A DNA stretch of 63,347 nt, filler included, from Octopus bimaculoides (lineage: Eukaryota): the NCBI RefSeq assembly GCF_001194135.2. It is 6 parts of 5 records of this genome, joined end to end, with 100 filler letters (N's around TTAATTAATTAA, not from the genome) between each part and the next. Parts side by side here need not be neighbours in the genome. Positions count along the whole stretch, not along the records: positions 1 to 16,437 come from NC_068981.1; 5 more parts are not named here. One strand, written 5' to 3'. Under the pieces are notes generated by a model. It was not told the DNA's origin. It saw only the letters and a program-made list of their open reading frames with translations, and ran no database searches. A program made the translations under genes and the position numbers. This document shows, piece by piece, positions 1 to 12,461 of the stretch (positions are counted from its first letter, which is position 1; each line of letters begins with the position of its first letter).

Positions 1-152
1 TATATATTTATATATATGATAACAATGATAATCCTTGGATGAAATTTATAAACATATAATGAATCGCTATGCGCGATGCATTATAAATTCCATCCAAGGA
101 TTATTGTTATTATTACTATACTAATCCTACAATTATATCTGTACAGCATGCC

Positions 153-362
153 GGCGAGCTGACAGAATCGTTAACACGCCGGGTGAAATGCTTAGCGGTA
201 TTTCGTCTGCCGTTACGTTCTGAGTTCAAATTCCGCCGAGGTCGACTTTGCCTTTCATCCTTTCAGGGTCGATAAATTACATACCAGTTGCGTACTGGGC
301 TTAATCTAATCGACTGGCCCCCTCACACCAAAAATTTCAGGCATTGTGCCTAGAGTAGAAAT
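153..362 (+). mobile_element. SINE family A (tRNA-type head, central GTCGACTTTGCCTTTCATCC domain)
   Basis: GGCGAGCTGACAGAATCGTTAACACGCC...GAGTTCAAATTCCGCCGAGGTCGACTTTGCCTTTCATCC...CTTGTGCCTAGAGTAGAA; near-identical copies recur about 10 times in the window. Confidence 0.85.
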
Positions 363-509
363 AATTATATCGGCACATCTCGATGCATCCTCACAAACTG
401 AAACTGATTCACCAGTTAGCGTCATTAGACTGCGTCCGGCCTAATGGAACAGGCACTTTATTTACATATTCGAAACGTTTCCCGTAAGCAAATTTAAAAG
501 ATATATATA

Positions 510-910
510 AGTGGTTGTGTGGTAAGAAGCTTGCTTACTAACCACATGGTTCCGGGTTCAGTCTCACTGCGTGGCACCTTGGGCAAGTGTCTTCTACTAT
601 AGCCTCTGGCCGACCAATGCCATATGAGTGGATCTGGTAGACGGAAACTGAAAGAAACCTGTAGTGTATATATATACATACATATATATATATATANNNN
701 NNNNNNNNNNNNNNNNNNNNNNNNNNNNNNNNNNNNNNNNNNNNNNNNNNNNNNNNNNNNNNNNNNNNNNNNNNNNNNNNNNNNNNNNNNNNNNNNNNNN
801 NNNNNNNNNNNNNNNNNNNNNNNNNNNNNNNNNNNNNNNNNNNNNNNNNNNNNNNNNNNNNNNNNNNNNNNNNNNNNNNNNNNNNNNNNNNNNNNNNNNN
901 NNNNNNNNNN

Positions 911-950
<40 letters not shown>

Positions 951-1165
951 CGCATTTATATGTCTTTGTTTGTTCCGCCAACATCGGTTGACAACCGATG
1001 CTGGTGTGTTTACGTCCCCTTAATTTAGTGGTCCGGCAAAAGAAACAAATAGAATAAGTACTTGACTTACAAAGAATAAGTCCTGGAGTCGATTTGCTCG
1101 AGTAAAGGCGGTGCTCCAGCATGGCTGCAGTCAAGTGACTGAAACAAGTAAACGAATAAAAAAGA
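510..1165 (+). mobile_element. SINE family B, full length, with central (TA)n/(TG)n tract and gap
   Basis: Head GTGGTTGTGTGGTAAGAAGCTTGC...GGTTCAGTCTCACTG (B-box-like); 3' half GTTTACGTCCCC...GGCGGTGCTCCAGCATGGCTGCAGTC...GAAACAAGTAAA; same bipartite layout as 5268-5664 and 36630-37106. Confidence 0.85.
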
Positions 1166-1946
1166 GAGTGTGTGTGTGCGTTTTTATGCATGTATTTATG
1201 TATAGATTTGCTGTATTTTGCGTAAAAAATGTCGTTTAATGTACAAATATGCATATTAGGAAATCTATTATATATATGTTATATACAACTATTTTATATA
1301 TAAATAATCTAATATTTTATGCTATAAATAACCGCGTACGAAAATTGAGTACGTCTCCTCTTAAAAACGGTCAGCAAATCGCAGAATGCTTTACCAGCAA
1401 TTTGCATAACATTTCCCATACATTTAAAATATAGAGATGATTTACATTCTCATAACTTCCTCACACAGCTAGGCTTCTAAAAGATCTGTTGTTCAATTAA
1501 TGACGTACTGTCAAAAGCCCAAATTTTCCTCTACTATATTAATATCTATAGAGTCGGTAGCTATTAACCTATCTATTATATTAATGTCTTAGTCTCGACT
1601 GATTTATATTGCACGTGATTATTTTCTGCTTTCGAGTGGAGAAGGAAATCGGGCACATATCCACTAAGTAACATTCAACACTTTGGTAGAAGTCCTTCAA
1701 TTTTTCCAACATATCGAAATCATAAAGATATGGTGTTCACGTTCTTAAAATTGTCTGGGAGAGCTAAGATTTCTAACAAATTTATTTCAACATTTTCTTA
1801 TCCTCACTGTGTTGTTCATAAAGTACGTATTGTTTTATTAACGACAAGTAGCCCAAACTACGAATACGTAAATGAAGGTAACCACTATGTTACTAGCTGA
1901 ATTGATGACTGGTATATATAATGGCTTAATATTTTATGTTATTAGG

Positions 1947-2247
1947 GAAGCGAGCTGGCAGAAACGTTAGCACGCCGAGCCAAATACTTAGCGGTATTTC
2001 GTGTGTCTTTACGTTCGGAGTTCAAATTCCGCCGAGGTCGACTTTGCCTTTCATCTTTTCGGGGTCGATAAATTAATTACCAGTTGCGTACTGGAGTCGA
2101 TCTAATCGACTGGCCCACTTCCCAAAAATGTCGGTCCTTGTGCCCTTCTGGATCGATAAAATAAATACCAGTTGTACACTAGGGTCGATGTAATCGACTT
2201 ACCACCGCCCCCGGAAATGCCAGCCTTGTGCCAACATTTGAAATCAA
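1947..2247 (+). mobile_element. SINE family A with duplicated 3' portion
   Basis: Matches 153-362; the TACCAGTTG...GGGTCGATGTAATCGAC...CTTGTGCC module occurs twice. Confidence 0.8.
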
Positions 2248-2574
2248 TATTTTATCCTGCTGAAATGGAGAAAGGAAGAATGTAATTTCATATATCACCT
2301 CTGATTTGAATAAACAAACTGTAAAAGAGGAGTCTTCCACACATGTCTCCTCATATCGAAAACATCGTACAAATGTTTACATTCTTATGTGTTTCTCATA
2401 TTTAAAATATTATCAGCCATTTTAGTTTGAGCTGTGTTGTGTATAATATATGTGTGTATGCATGCGTTTGTATGTTTCAAGCAGTGGTGGCTCTTTACAA
2501 GTCCTATACCAACCATGTAAGGCATTGTATATGTAATTACAAACCATTACACAAATCATGGCTTAATTTATTCT

Positions 2575-2688
2575 ACATATATATATAGATAGATAGACAG
2601 AGAGGAAAAGAAAAAGAGACAGACATATATTTATATATATATTTATAGATAGATGGATAGATAGATAGATAGAGAGAGAGAGAGTGAA

Positions 2689-2725
<37 letters not shown>

Positions 2726-2840
2726 GATACATACACACACACATATTTACATGTACAGATAAAAGGATAGATACATACATACATACATACATACATACAT
2801 AGACAGACAGATAGATTATAGAGAAACACCAGACAGACAG
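2575..2840. repeat. Compound microsatellite (TAGA/GA/GACA/TACA)n
   Basis: Directly visible tandem di- and tetranucleotide runs. Confidence 0.95.
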
Positions 2841-3159
2841 TCATATATTTGAGCGTGAGTGAATAGTTATAGTTCAAGAATCATATTTTCTTTATAAAAA
2901 TGTCTTCATAAATTTAAGTATTAGACTGACATTATTATAAAAATTTAGTACTGGATTTTTATTTTGCTTTGTTTTGTTTTGTTAGTTTTTCTTCAAGGTT
3001 GCAGATTATATATACAAAATAGGTTATATAAAATAGTTTCTTTTTATTACAGTTAGTGTGCACAAGGCAGTTAAATTCTTTTCTTTTTTATCCTTCTTTA
3101 TCAAAATTTACACTTGAACAGTTTTTAAAATTTACATTTGGGTTTTTAAAGACGACACT

Positions 3160-3164
3160 CACAC

Positions 3165-3210
<46 letters not shown>

Positions 3211-3527
3211 TAACATACACGCACACATGTGGGTGCGCACGCACGTAAGAAACTTTTAAACTTCGACTGATTTCTAAGCGTTTTTTTCATTTTATAAATG
3301 CCTACATACGTAGATACATGCATACACACATACATATATGTATGCATACGCACATACATATATGCATGCCTACATACATACATGCATACATAATACATAC
3401 ATACATACATACATGCATACATACATACATACACACATACACCACAGGCTCCACACACTCTCATAAGAGATACACACACACACACTTATATATACATACA
3501 TATCCACAAAAACGTACCCGTGTATAT

Positions 3528-3568
<41 letters not shown>
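3160..3568. repeat. Compound (CA)n/(TACA)n/(TG)n microsatellites
   Basis: Directly visible. Confidence 0.95.
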
Positions 3569-3569
<1 letters not shown>

Positions 3570-3894
3570 CAGATAATGTTAGAGTAGTAGGATAGCAGTT
3601 TAGGATCCTAAATAAATATTTAAAGGAGATTTTTATATCTATATTTGATTTAGGTGATTTGAAACAATTTCCTGAAGACAATTTCCTGAAATCTATTGAT
3701 TAATTTGAGCTTGAGTACTTACTTACTCCTTAATTATCCATGAATATTTGATGATTGAAAATAATCTTTTTGTGAAATCTTTATCTCCATGGTATCGAAA
3801 ATATTTTGTTGACTAGCTGTATAAATAGATTAAAGCTCGTATTTGGTAAAAGCAGTTGCAAAAAGAAAACCAACCTGCATTGATAAACACATAC

Positions 3895-3971
<77 letters not shown>

Positions 3972-4497
3972 AGGCATACAATATATTTACATTACATTAT
4001 CGTATATAAACTACTACGCTTTGTCCTTCTAATCTCGTTGTCACACCACCCTTTATATCCTCTTACTGACATTTGTTTTCTTTTATTCTTTATTTCTTTA
4101 TATATTATATATATTACGATTGACTCCGAATCCCGTCAACTATCGACATTAATAGCTGGAATTACTAGTGTTTCCTTACAATACCATCGTTACTGAATAC
4201 GTCATCATGAAATTGGTATGTATATTTTTTTTGTATTTGAGAGTCATGTTTACTTTTCTACCATGCTTTATTTTGATGTTGTTGCTTCGTTGTTCTTTTG
4301 TTGTTTTGTTGTTGTTTATAGAGAAGTTGAGTGGTTGGCCGGTGCTTAAAGAAATTGTTTTGACGTTGAGAATTTTGCTCATAAACATTTCCTAGCCTGG
4401 ACGATCTCTTGAAGTAAAAATCATGTATATTACATGCCTTTTTTTTTAGACGAGAAATCATTCAGGGTGATACGAGATGGGGATAAGTGAAGTTTGC

Positions 4498-4500
<3 letters not shown>

Positions 4501-4581
<81 letters not shown>

Positions 4582-4650
4582 AAGAGACAGAGACAGACAG
4601 ACAGATAGACAGAGTGAGAGGGGGAGAGCAAGAGTGAGACAGAAAGAGAG
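4501..4650. repeat. (GA)n/(GACA)n microsatellite
   Basis: Directly visible. Confidence 0.95.
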
Positions 4651-5267
4651 TCTGAGTGAAAATATTCGTCTAAATACGTCATGATTTCACATACTCGTGA
4701 TAGTTTATTTCGATATGTTCTTATTTACGGTTAAATCTGCGCAAAAGTCGGACAATATCTCTCAATAAATCTTTCTGTCAGTATTGCTTTTCCTTCGTGA
4801 AAATAACGAGATTACAGAATTATAACTGTTTAGATGAGTTTGTAACATACAAAGATAATCGGGGGATAAGCAATGGGAAAAATGGAAACACACTGTGGAT
4901 GGAAACATACTAAATTTGGATAATCACTCCTTTTCTGAAATCTCATAACGGCTAGGAAAATACTGACAACTATTTAGCACAAAATTCAGTATTAGTATAA
5001 AAGTTTTCAACTGTCGAAGAGTGCCATAAGAAATTATGGAATAACACTATTCGTTATAATACACACACACACACACTCACGCACACACGCACACACACAC
5101 TCACGCACACACGCACACACGCACACACGCACACACACACATACACACATTGTATACGCATGTATGTATATCAATTTTGTCATAAGGAATCTAAAGCAAG
5201 GCAGATGAAATGATAGATAATAAAAATAAATGAATTTATCGACGTATAGACATATGCATATACTCTT

Positions 5268-5664
5268 TTACTCTTTTACATATTTCAGTCATTTGACTGT
5301 AGCCATGCTGGAGTACCGCCTTTAGTCGAGGAAATCGACCCCAGGACTTATTCTTTGTCAGCCTAGTAGTTATTCTATCGGTCTGTTTTGCCGAACCGCT
5401 ACATTACGGGGACGTAAGCACACCACATCGATTGTCAAGCGATGTTGGTGGGAGACAAACACACACACACAGACACACACACATATATATATACATATAC
5501 ACGACGGGCTTTTTTCAGTTTCCGTCTACCAAATCCACTCACGAGGCCTTGGTCGGCCCAAGGCTATAGTAGAAGACACTTGCCCAAGATGCCATGTAGT
5601 GGGACTGAACCCGGAACCATGTAGTTGGTAAGCAAGCTACTTACCACACAGCCACTCCTGTGCC
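5268..5664 (-). mobile_element. SINE family B, complete ungapped copy
   Basis: Reverse complement of the 510-1165 head and tail, with a short (CA)/(TA) core at ~5460-5500. Confidence 0.9.
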
Positions 5665-5949
5665 TATGTCTATATGTAATTATATGTTTGTGTGTATGTG
5701 TGTGTATGCATATATATATATATGTGTGTGTTTTTACACGTACACATACACACATATGTAAAGAGAGAGAAGACAGAGACTGACAAATGCATATATGAGC
5801 ATTACGTATATGTATATAGATATATGTACGTATTTATATGCATATATATAGAAAAGTATATATATGTATGTGTATGTATACACATATATGTATGCATTCA
5901 TGTGTGTGTGTGTGTGTCTGTGTATGTGTGTGTGTATGTGTGTGTGTGC

Positions 5950-6001
<52 letters not shown>

Positions 6002-6085
6002 NNNNNNNNNNNNNNNNNNNNNNNNNNNNNNNNNNNNNNNNNNNNNNNNNNNNNNNNNNNNNNNNNNNNNNNNNNNNNNNNNNNN

Positions 6086-6119
<34 letters not shown>

Positions 6120-6125
<6 letters not shown>

Positions 6126-6780
6126 GTTTTCAGAATGATAAAAAAAAGTTTCCGAATGATTTCTGTAAAAGTTGTTTAATGTCAACTAAATTTTAGACGT
6201 TCCTTCCATATTTTTCATGTGCAGTTTATTTGTAATTCATGGTCTACTACCCGTGTAAGAGTATCGGCAACTGGCGAGTTCGTGCGTACAAATAATCACA
6301 GAGTTTGTTTTTAAATGTGTAGCGCAGGATCGTTTATATTTTTATACGAAAATTATACTTGTTTCTGGTTTTCATATAACTTCTCTTAATGCAGCTCTTA
6401 TATACACCCTCACACACAAGCAGATACATATTTATATATTTTTGTGTATATGTGTGTGTCTGTTTGTTTGTTTGTTTGTGTGTATGTCTACATATCCATA
6501 TATGTATACGGATATGTATATAAATACACAGACATACACGCATATATATCTATAACGAACACGACACAATGAAGTAGAGAAATTTGAAAAGACAACACGA
6601 AACCGGTTATTTCTCAAAATACAATGTTTATATACCAAAAAGATTTTATAACATTTTTCTAACATTTTTCTGACATAATTTAAATATATATTTTAACCAT
6701 GTAACACAAGCCTTCTGTAGTTTTTTCACTCTTATTATCTTTTATACATCCAACCACGTGCTTTCACATGCCAACTTTCT

Positions 6781-6823
<43 letters not shown>

Positions 6824-6845
6824 GTATCTATGTTGGTATGTATGC

Positions 6846-6878
<33 letters not shown>

Positions 6879-7240
6879 TGTATGTATATGCACATGTGCC
6901 GGTGCGTTTACGTCTCTGTAAGATAGTGATGCGAAAAAAAGATACAGACATAAGAGTACAAGACCAAGAAACTTAAGTACTATGGTCGACTCATTCAATT
7001 AAAAATTTTTCAAGGCGGCGCCCCAGCATGGGCGCAGTCTAATGACTGAAACAAGTGCATGGTAAAGGATGACAAATTTAAAACAGAATATATGATGTTT
7101 CAGCCCTATGTTTGTGGCCATCCTGGAGCACCACCAGTGAAAACAGTTGCCAGCAGGTGGCTACAGAGAATCGAAAACTGTACCTCTCAGAAACCGACAA
7201 AGCGATCTGTACCATTAAGCCAAGTTGCACTGCAAATAAG
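6120..7240 (+). pseudogene. Decayed TLR-like locus A2 (LRR-CT - TM - TIR remnant)
   Basis: QFICNSW (LRR-CT-like); SFIFLYEIILVSGFHITSLNAALIY (TM-like); CLY/QKDFI...SDII*IYILTM*HKPSVVFS (TIR-like); MFVAILEHHQ*KQLPAG (TIR C-terminal-like); frameshifts required. Confidence 0.4.
6972..7060 (+). mobile_element. SINE family B 3' fragment
   Basis: TTAAGTACTATGGTCGACTC...AAGGCGGCGCCCCAGCATGGGCGCAGTCTAATGACTGAAACAAGT. Confidence 0.7.
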
Positions 7241-7453
7241 TCTTTTACTTGATACATACATACATACATACAAACATACATACATACATACATGCATACA
7301 TACATACATGCATACATCCTACATGCCTACATAAATACATACATATATATATATAATATTTGTAAAGAAGCCTGCAGGCTTCGTAAATTACAGAGATAGA
7401 GCGACTATGGAAGTCTCTTAGTACAATAATATCTATATAATAATAATAATAAT

Positions 7454-7513
<60 letters not shown>

Positions 7514-7903
7514 ATACGTATACACGTATGCATATTCATATACATACAGCTATATGAGTATGAATGTAGGCATATATGTGTGTGTGTGTGTGTGTTCATA
7601 TGGACACCGAGGCAAACAGATATACTCATGCAAGATATGTATAACTATATGCATGACCTTAAGTGTTAACTAGTTATAATTACCGCTTGTGCATGTGTAT
7701 GTATGTGTGTGTGTGTTCACTTGAATGTCTATTTATACGTCGGTGTGTTTGCTTGGAAGTGTGAGTATGTGTGGGTGCGTTGCTGAGTTTGAGGAACGCC
7801 AAATGAACATATATATATGTATGTATTAAGTATGTATATGTGTGTGTACGTATGTATGTATCTTTGTATGTATCTATGTATATATGTATGTATGTATGTA
7901 TAC

Positions 7904-8110
7904 ACAAGGGGTGCTGAAAAGTGTCTGGCTTTGAGTAAAAGGAAATACAAGAGGAGCAGATGCTTATGATTTTATTCCCCTCTCAGATACACACAATCAT
8001 TGCAGTGGTCCTGCGGATTTTCTAAACCTGTAAAAGAATTTGGAACGTTGGGACTCCAAGCAGGCCTTCCGCGATACCCTTAAAGCCGGGAACTTTTCAG
8101 CAACCCTCGT
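7904..8110 (+). mobile_element. Non-autonomous Tc1/mariner-type MITE (~207 bp)
   Basis: TIRs ACAAGGGGTGCTGAAAAGTGTCTGGCTT / AAGCCGGGAACTTTTCAGCAACCCTCGT; other copies at 26104-26328 and 49498-49701. Confidence 0.8.
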
Positions 8111-8121
8111 CTAAAGACACA

Positions 8122-8490
8122 GCCATGGCTGTGTGGTAAGAAGTTTACTTCTCAACCACATGAACTCGTGTTCAGTCCCACTGCGTAGCATCTTGCGAAG
8201 ATGTCTTCTATTATAGCCTCGGGCTGACCAATGTCTGGCGAGTGGATTTGATGCACGGAAATTGAAAGAAGCCCGTCGTGTGCGAGTATGTGTGTGTGCG
8301 CATGTATGTGTGTGTGCGTGTGAATATGTTTGTGTGTGAATGACTGTGTGTGTGTATGTATATGTGTGAGTCTGTACGTGACTTTGTGTATATGTTTGGT
8401 CCACACTACACCGCTTAACAATCGGTTTGTTTACGCCCCCTTAGCGGTTCGGCAAACGAAGCGGGTAGCATAAGTACCAGGCTTAAAATA
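8122..8490 (+). mobile_element. SINE family B (3' end truncated)
   Basis: Head ATGGCTGTGTGGTAAGAAG..., (TG)n core, 3' half to TAAGTACCAGGCTTAAAA. Confidence 0.8.
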
Positions 8491-8494
8491 ATTG

Positions 8495-8582
8495 GTAGTG
8501 TACTTATTCTATCGGACACTAAGTTACAGGAACGTAAACAAACCAGCTCTGTTTGTCAAGTATAAGGGAGCCAAAGACACAG
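8495..8582 (-). mobile_element. SINE family B 3'-half fragment, inverted relative to 8122-8490
   Basis: TACTTATTCTATCGG...AAGTTACAGGAACGTAAACAAACC...GTCAAG matches the reverse complement of the 3' half. Confidence 0.7.
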
Positions 8583-8611
8583 ATACATACACACACGCAC
8601 ACACATGTGTG

Positions 8612-8647
<36 letters not shown>

Positions 8648-8783
8648 TCTGTGTGTGTTTGTGCGTGTGTGTTTATGTGTGTGTTTGTATATATATACCT
8701 TCTCTTTCTTCATCTCCTTATTCCTTTACTCCTGTCCTTGAGATGTTTGCTTCTTTGCCTTAACGTTTGTTGTCCTCTTTAAC

Positions 8784-8829
<46 letters not shown>

Positions 8830-9199
8830 GCATATATATGCACACGCACAAATACGCCTACACACACCTACACTCACACATCTTTCATTTTTCCTAGCTA
8901 ATAAGACCTGTGGTTTTTTTCTTTCTACTCTTTTCTCACTCATAATAAATCAATCGCATACTTATAAATCCTACTCGAGAACAGTCAATGTGACACCTGT
9001 CCTTAAGTAAATAGTAATTTGATAAAATACTAATGTTTGTTTATAAGAAGACGCGCTGATCTGTGCTGGATATAGAATCTTCTAGATTAGTTAAGGCGTG
9101 ACTATTAATAGTCTAGCATGATGAAAGTACGAAGTGTGCAAATACTGAATTTGAATGTACGTCGAATCCTTATATAATTAATTTCTTCTGCAATACATA

Positions 9200-10130
9200 C
9201 AGACAACAGTTTTACTGAGCCGATACGTTGTCAGTCATCCTGTCACTTTCAGTTTTCTTTCGTAAGTAAAGCATACATCCACAGACACAACATTTGTCCT
9301 TCGAAGTTACACTTCCTCTAATAATAAGTGACAATAGAAAAAAAAAGCTATCGAAGTCATCTTCCTTCCTTGCTCGACCAAGTGATATATATATAATTTT
9401 TTCCCTTTGGTAATAACAGCTTTTAACACTACTCTGATCATTCCTGAAAATGAAAACACTGGAAATAATCAAGACTAGAGTCGTATAACTTCCAAATAGG
9501 TATCTCTATGTGACTGTAATTAGCTCTGATGAATAATGCAGCTGAATCCTGTAATTAGACGACACAGTGAATAATTGAACCTTTTCTTCTGTTGCTTACA
9601 ACGACGAGTTAACATCTTAATATGTTTCTGGAAGATAACTAGTTCAGGGTTATGTTCCTTACCAAAACATCAGTGAAAGTGTCAAATCTAATTCGTTGTT
9701 AACTGACACCATTTGTGATACATCTCACTGCATTAAGCACCTTAATTTAAATGAAAAAACTTTCATTTGTTCACAATAGCCTGACAAAATACTGTTATAA
9801 CTATAGGAGGACAAAAGCATAGAGTGCGAGCAAGCCCTTAGTGATTTGCCTTATCAAAACTTGCACCCTGTTTCGTGTATTTAAATATGTATACCAAAGA
9901 AGAGAAGTGGAATTTGACGTTTCAAGGATTGTCCATTTGTGTAGGATGGAGCCTGTTCTCTTCTCTTACAGCCTCATCTCTTCATATTTCTCTCATACAT
10001 ACAACACACGAACATATCTAAACACATTATTTTAACTACAGCTTAGAAAGAAATGGTTTCAAGCAGTCTTACTTCACTTCAAAAATGACTTGAAGTCAAA
10101 GTCTTAAATGGCTTCTTTGCCATTTATATT
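9200..10130 (-). pseudogene. Decayed TLR-like locus B (TM-TIR remnant)
   Basis: One frame with stops reads LLWYTYL...LYAFVLL...LVRNITLN*LSSRNILRC*LVVVSN...HCVV*LQDSA...KLLLPKGKNYIYITW, loosely following the TIR consensus. Confidence 0.3.
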
Positions 10131-10149
10131 ATGAAAACTTACTCTGCAT

Positions 10150-10478
10150 GAAGGCACATGGCTCAGTGGTTAGAGCATCGGCTTCCCAATTATGAGGTAG
10201 TAAGTTCGATTCCCGGACTGGGCTGTGTGTTGTGTTCTTGAGCAAGAGAATTTCACGTTGCTCCAGTTCACTCAGCTGAAGAAATGGTGTCAAGATGTAT
10301 CGGTGTTTGCCTTTCCTTTAGATAACATCGGTGGCGTGGAGCGGAAAGACTGGTATGCACGGGTGCCTGCTAGTCTTCTATAAACAACCTTTCCTGGACT
10401 TGTACCTCGGAAGGGAACTTTCTAGGTGCAATCCCATGGTCATTCTTCACCAAAAGGGGTCTTTACCCCTTTTTTTTC
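10150..10478 (+). mobile_element. SINE family D (tRNA head GGCACATGGCTCAGTGGTTAGAGC...GTTCGATTCC)
   Basis: A-box and B-box; TTCTTGAGCAAG core; tail ending CTTTACCC; opposite-strand copy at 17020-17347. Confidence 0.85.
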
Positions 10479-10564
10479 ACTTTGCATAAGTGGTGAGGTA
10501 TGTCAGCATAAAATAGATATTTTATTACGATAAGTATTCTACACAACAGTTCATAGGTCTTTTA

Positions 10565-11155
10565 CGAGGTGTGATCAATAAGTATCCGCAGTGTTGCCAT
10601 AGTAACGAAGCTAAAGCACGCAGAGTGAAGCCATTGGTAACGATTGACCTTGAACTCTGCTGTGCATGCGCACTAAGTTTTAACATTCTAGCTCAACTCC
10701 GCTGTTTACAGCAGTGCTTGGAAGCAACGTGTGTATCGTGTGATCGTCGCATTAACCATGACAGAGAAGGTTGTCATGGTGATACCTACACAGAGGCCTA
10801 CGTAAAGTGGTTAAAAGTGTATGGAGTGGAGTGTATGAGCCGCACACAAATGTACGAGTGGTTGAGACGTTTCCAAGAAATTGGAAATGTCGATATTGAT
10901 GAAAGTTCTCATAGAGCCGCAACCAGCAGAATTGAGTAAAACATCACAGATGTGCGTGTAACTGTGAGGGGAAATCGTCGTATCACCACCCGTAAGTTAT
11001 TAGAGGATGTGCAGATTAGTTACGGTTCAAGTCAGTCCATTATCACTTAAGATTTAGGTACGAGACGCATGTCCGCCAAGTTTGTACCAAAACTGCTTTC
11101 AGCTGACCAAAAAGACACTCGGGTTTCAGTTACACAAATCACTTTGACTATGTCG
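10565..11155 (+). mobile_element. Mariner (Tc1/mariner) transposon relic: 5' TIR and N-terminal transposase
   Basis: TA followed by CGAGGTGTGATCAATAAGTATCCG; translation KVYGVECMSRTQMYEWLRRFQE...NRRITTRKLLEDVQISYGSSQSIIT*DLGTRRMSAKFVPKLLSADQK is the typical mariner HTH/WVPK region; contains stops. Confidence 0.85.
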
Positions 11156-11459
11156 AACGATCAAAGCTTTGCATAGGTCTCTGAGCAGATATAAAATTGT
11201 ATCAACAAGCTTCATTGTGACCTTTTGTCCAACTGATAGTTGCTACATAGTTCCAGGGTAACACTTAAGAGAACTACGTATAATCAAAATGTATTCAGTC
11301 TGAAATGATTGCATAAAGCCTCCTCTTCCTTTTTGTTGTTGTTCTTATTGCTTAGTTCCAGTTTAGCTTTGATTATGCAAAACTACCATCAAGTCTTTTT
11401 AGGTACAGTAGCTGCAATACTAAATATAGTTATTCCAGAAATGCGTATTTTACATTTTA

Positions 11460-11650
11460 TCTTTTACTTGTTTCACTCATTCGACTGCAGCCCTGTCGGG
11501 GCACCGCCTTGAAGGGTTTAGTCGAACAAAGCGAACCTAGTATTTACTTTCCTTCATAAGCCTAGTAGTATGTTTTTACCGAACTGCCAAGTTACGGGGA
11601 CGTAAACAAACCAACACTGATTGTCAAGCGATGGTGGAGGACACACACAC
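11460..11650 (-). mobile_element. SINE family B 3' half
   Basis: CTTTTACTTGTTTCACTCATTCGACTGCAGCC...GTTACGGGGACGTAAAC...GTCAAGCGATGG. Confidence 0.8.
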
Positions 11651-11654
11651 ATGC

Positions 11655-11686
<32 letters not shown>

Positions 11687-12265
11687 ATANNNNNNNNNNN
11701 NNNNNNNNNNNNNNNNNNNNNNNNNNNNNNNNNNNNNNNNNNNNNNNNNNNNNNNNNNNNNNNNNNNNNNNNNNNNNNNNNNNNNNNNNNNNNNNNNNNN
11801 NNNNNNNNNNNNNNNNNNNNNNNNNNNNNNNNNNNNNNNNNNNNNNNNNNNNNNNNNNNNNNNNNNNNNNNNNNNNNNNNNNNNNNNNNNNNNNNNNNNN
11901 NNNNNNNNNNNNNNNNNNNNNNNNNNNNNNNNNNNNNNNNNNNNNNNNNNNNNNNNNNNNNNNNNNNNNNNNTACTATCGGTATCAATTACCTGTGCTAT
12001 CCCTGGGCATGGGTATGCAGGCACACTCTGCTCATAGTGTACAGGTAACAACAAAATAAACAAAAGTTTATCAGAAACCAAATTTAAATAATCAGAAAAT
12101 GGAAAAAAACTTTTGATCAACAAATAAACAAATTGCACCACATCAGTAGATTATTTTTTAATACAAAACATGACATAACATTTCTTACGGCCGTTTCCGC
12201 TTCCAACGTTAGTCGGTGCTTACAAAAAAAAATTCCGAAAATAATATTCGTCATCTTCATAGCAC

Positions 12266-12461
12266 ATTCGATATAGTACATGGAGCTTCATCACAGTGAA
12301 TACAAATGCGTAAAATAAAATAAACGAAGGGAAGAGGAAGAGGAAAGGAGCCTTCTGGCTTCTTCTCGAGACCCTGTTCTTTCCTATTCCCTCTTCCCTT
12401 CGTTTATTTTATTTTACGCATTTGTATTCACTGTGATGAAGCTCCATGTACTAGATCGAAT
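12266..12461. repeat. Fold-back inverted repeat with ~72-bp arms
   Basis: ATTCGATATAGTACATGGAGC...GAAGGGAAGAGG (12266-12337) versus its reverse complement (12390-12461), one mismatch, ~52-bp spacer; no TSD seen. Confidence 0.95.

Larger units (their letters stand above)
1250..4950 (+). pseudogene. Decayed Toll-like-receptor-like locus A (LRR - TM - TIR), many stops and frameshifts
   Basis: LRR-like DLHSHNFLTQL (~1438-1470); hydrophobic ICFLLFFISLYIIYITI...LIAGITSVSL followed by YHRY*IRH (4182-4205; TGA where TLRs have W in the Y-R-W-I juxtamembrane motif); YFDVVAS (TIR box1-like); HKHFL/PGRSLEVKIM (~4375-4425, like TIR H.RDFLPG.SI.ENI). Correct domain order, interrupted by SINE and microsatellites. 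Confidence 0.55.
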
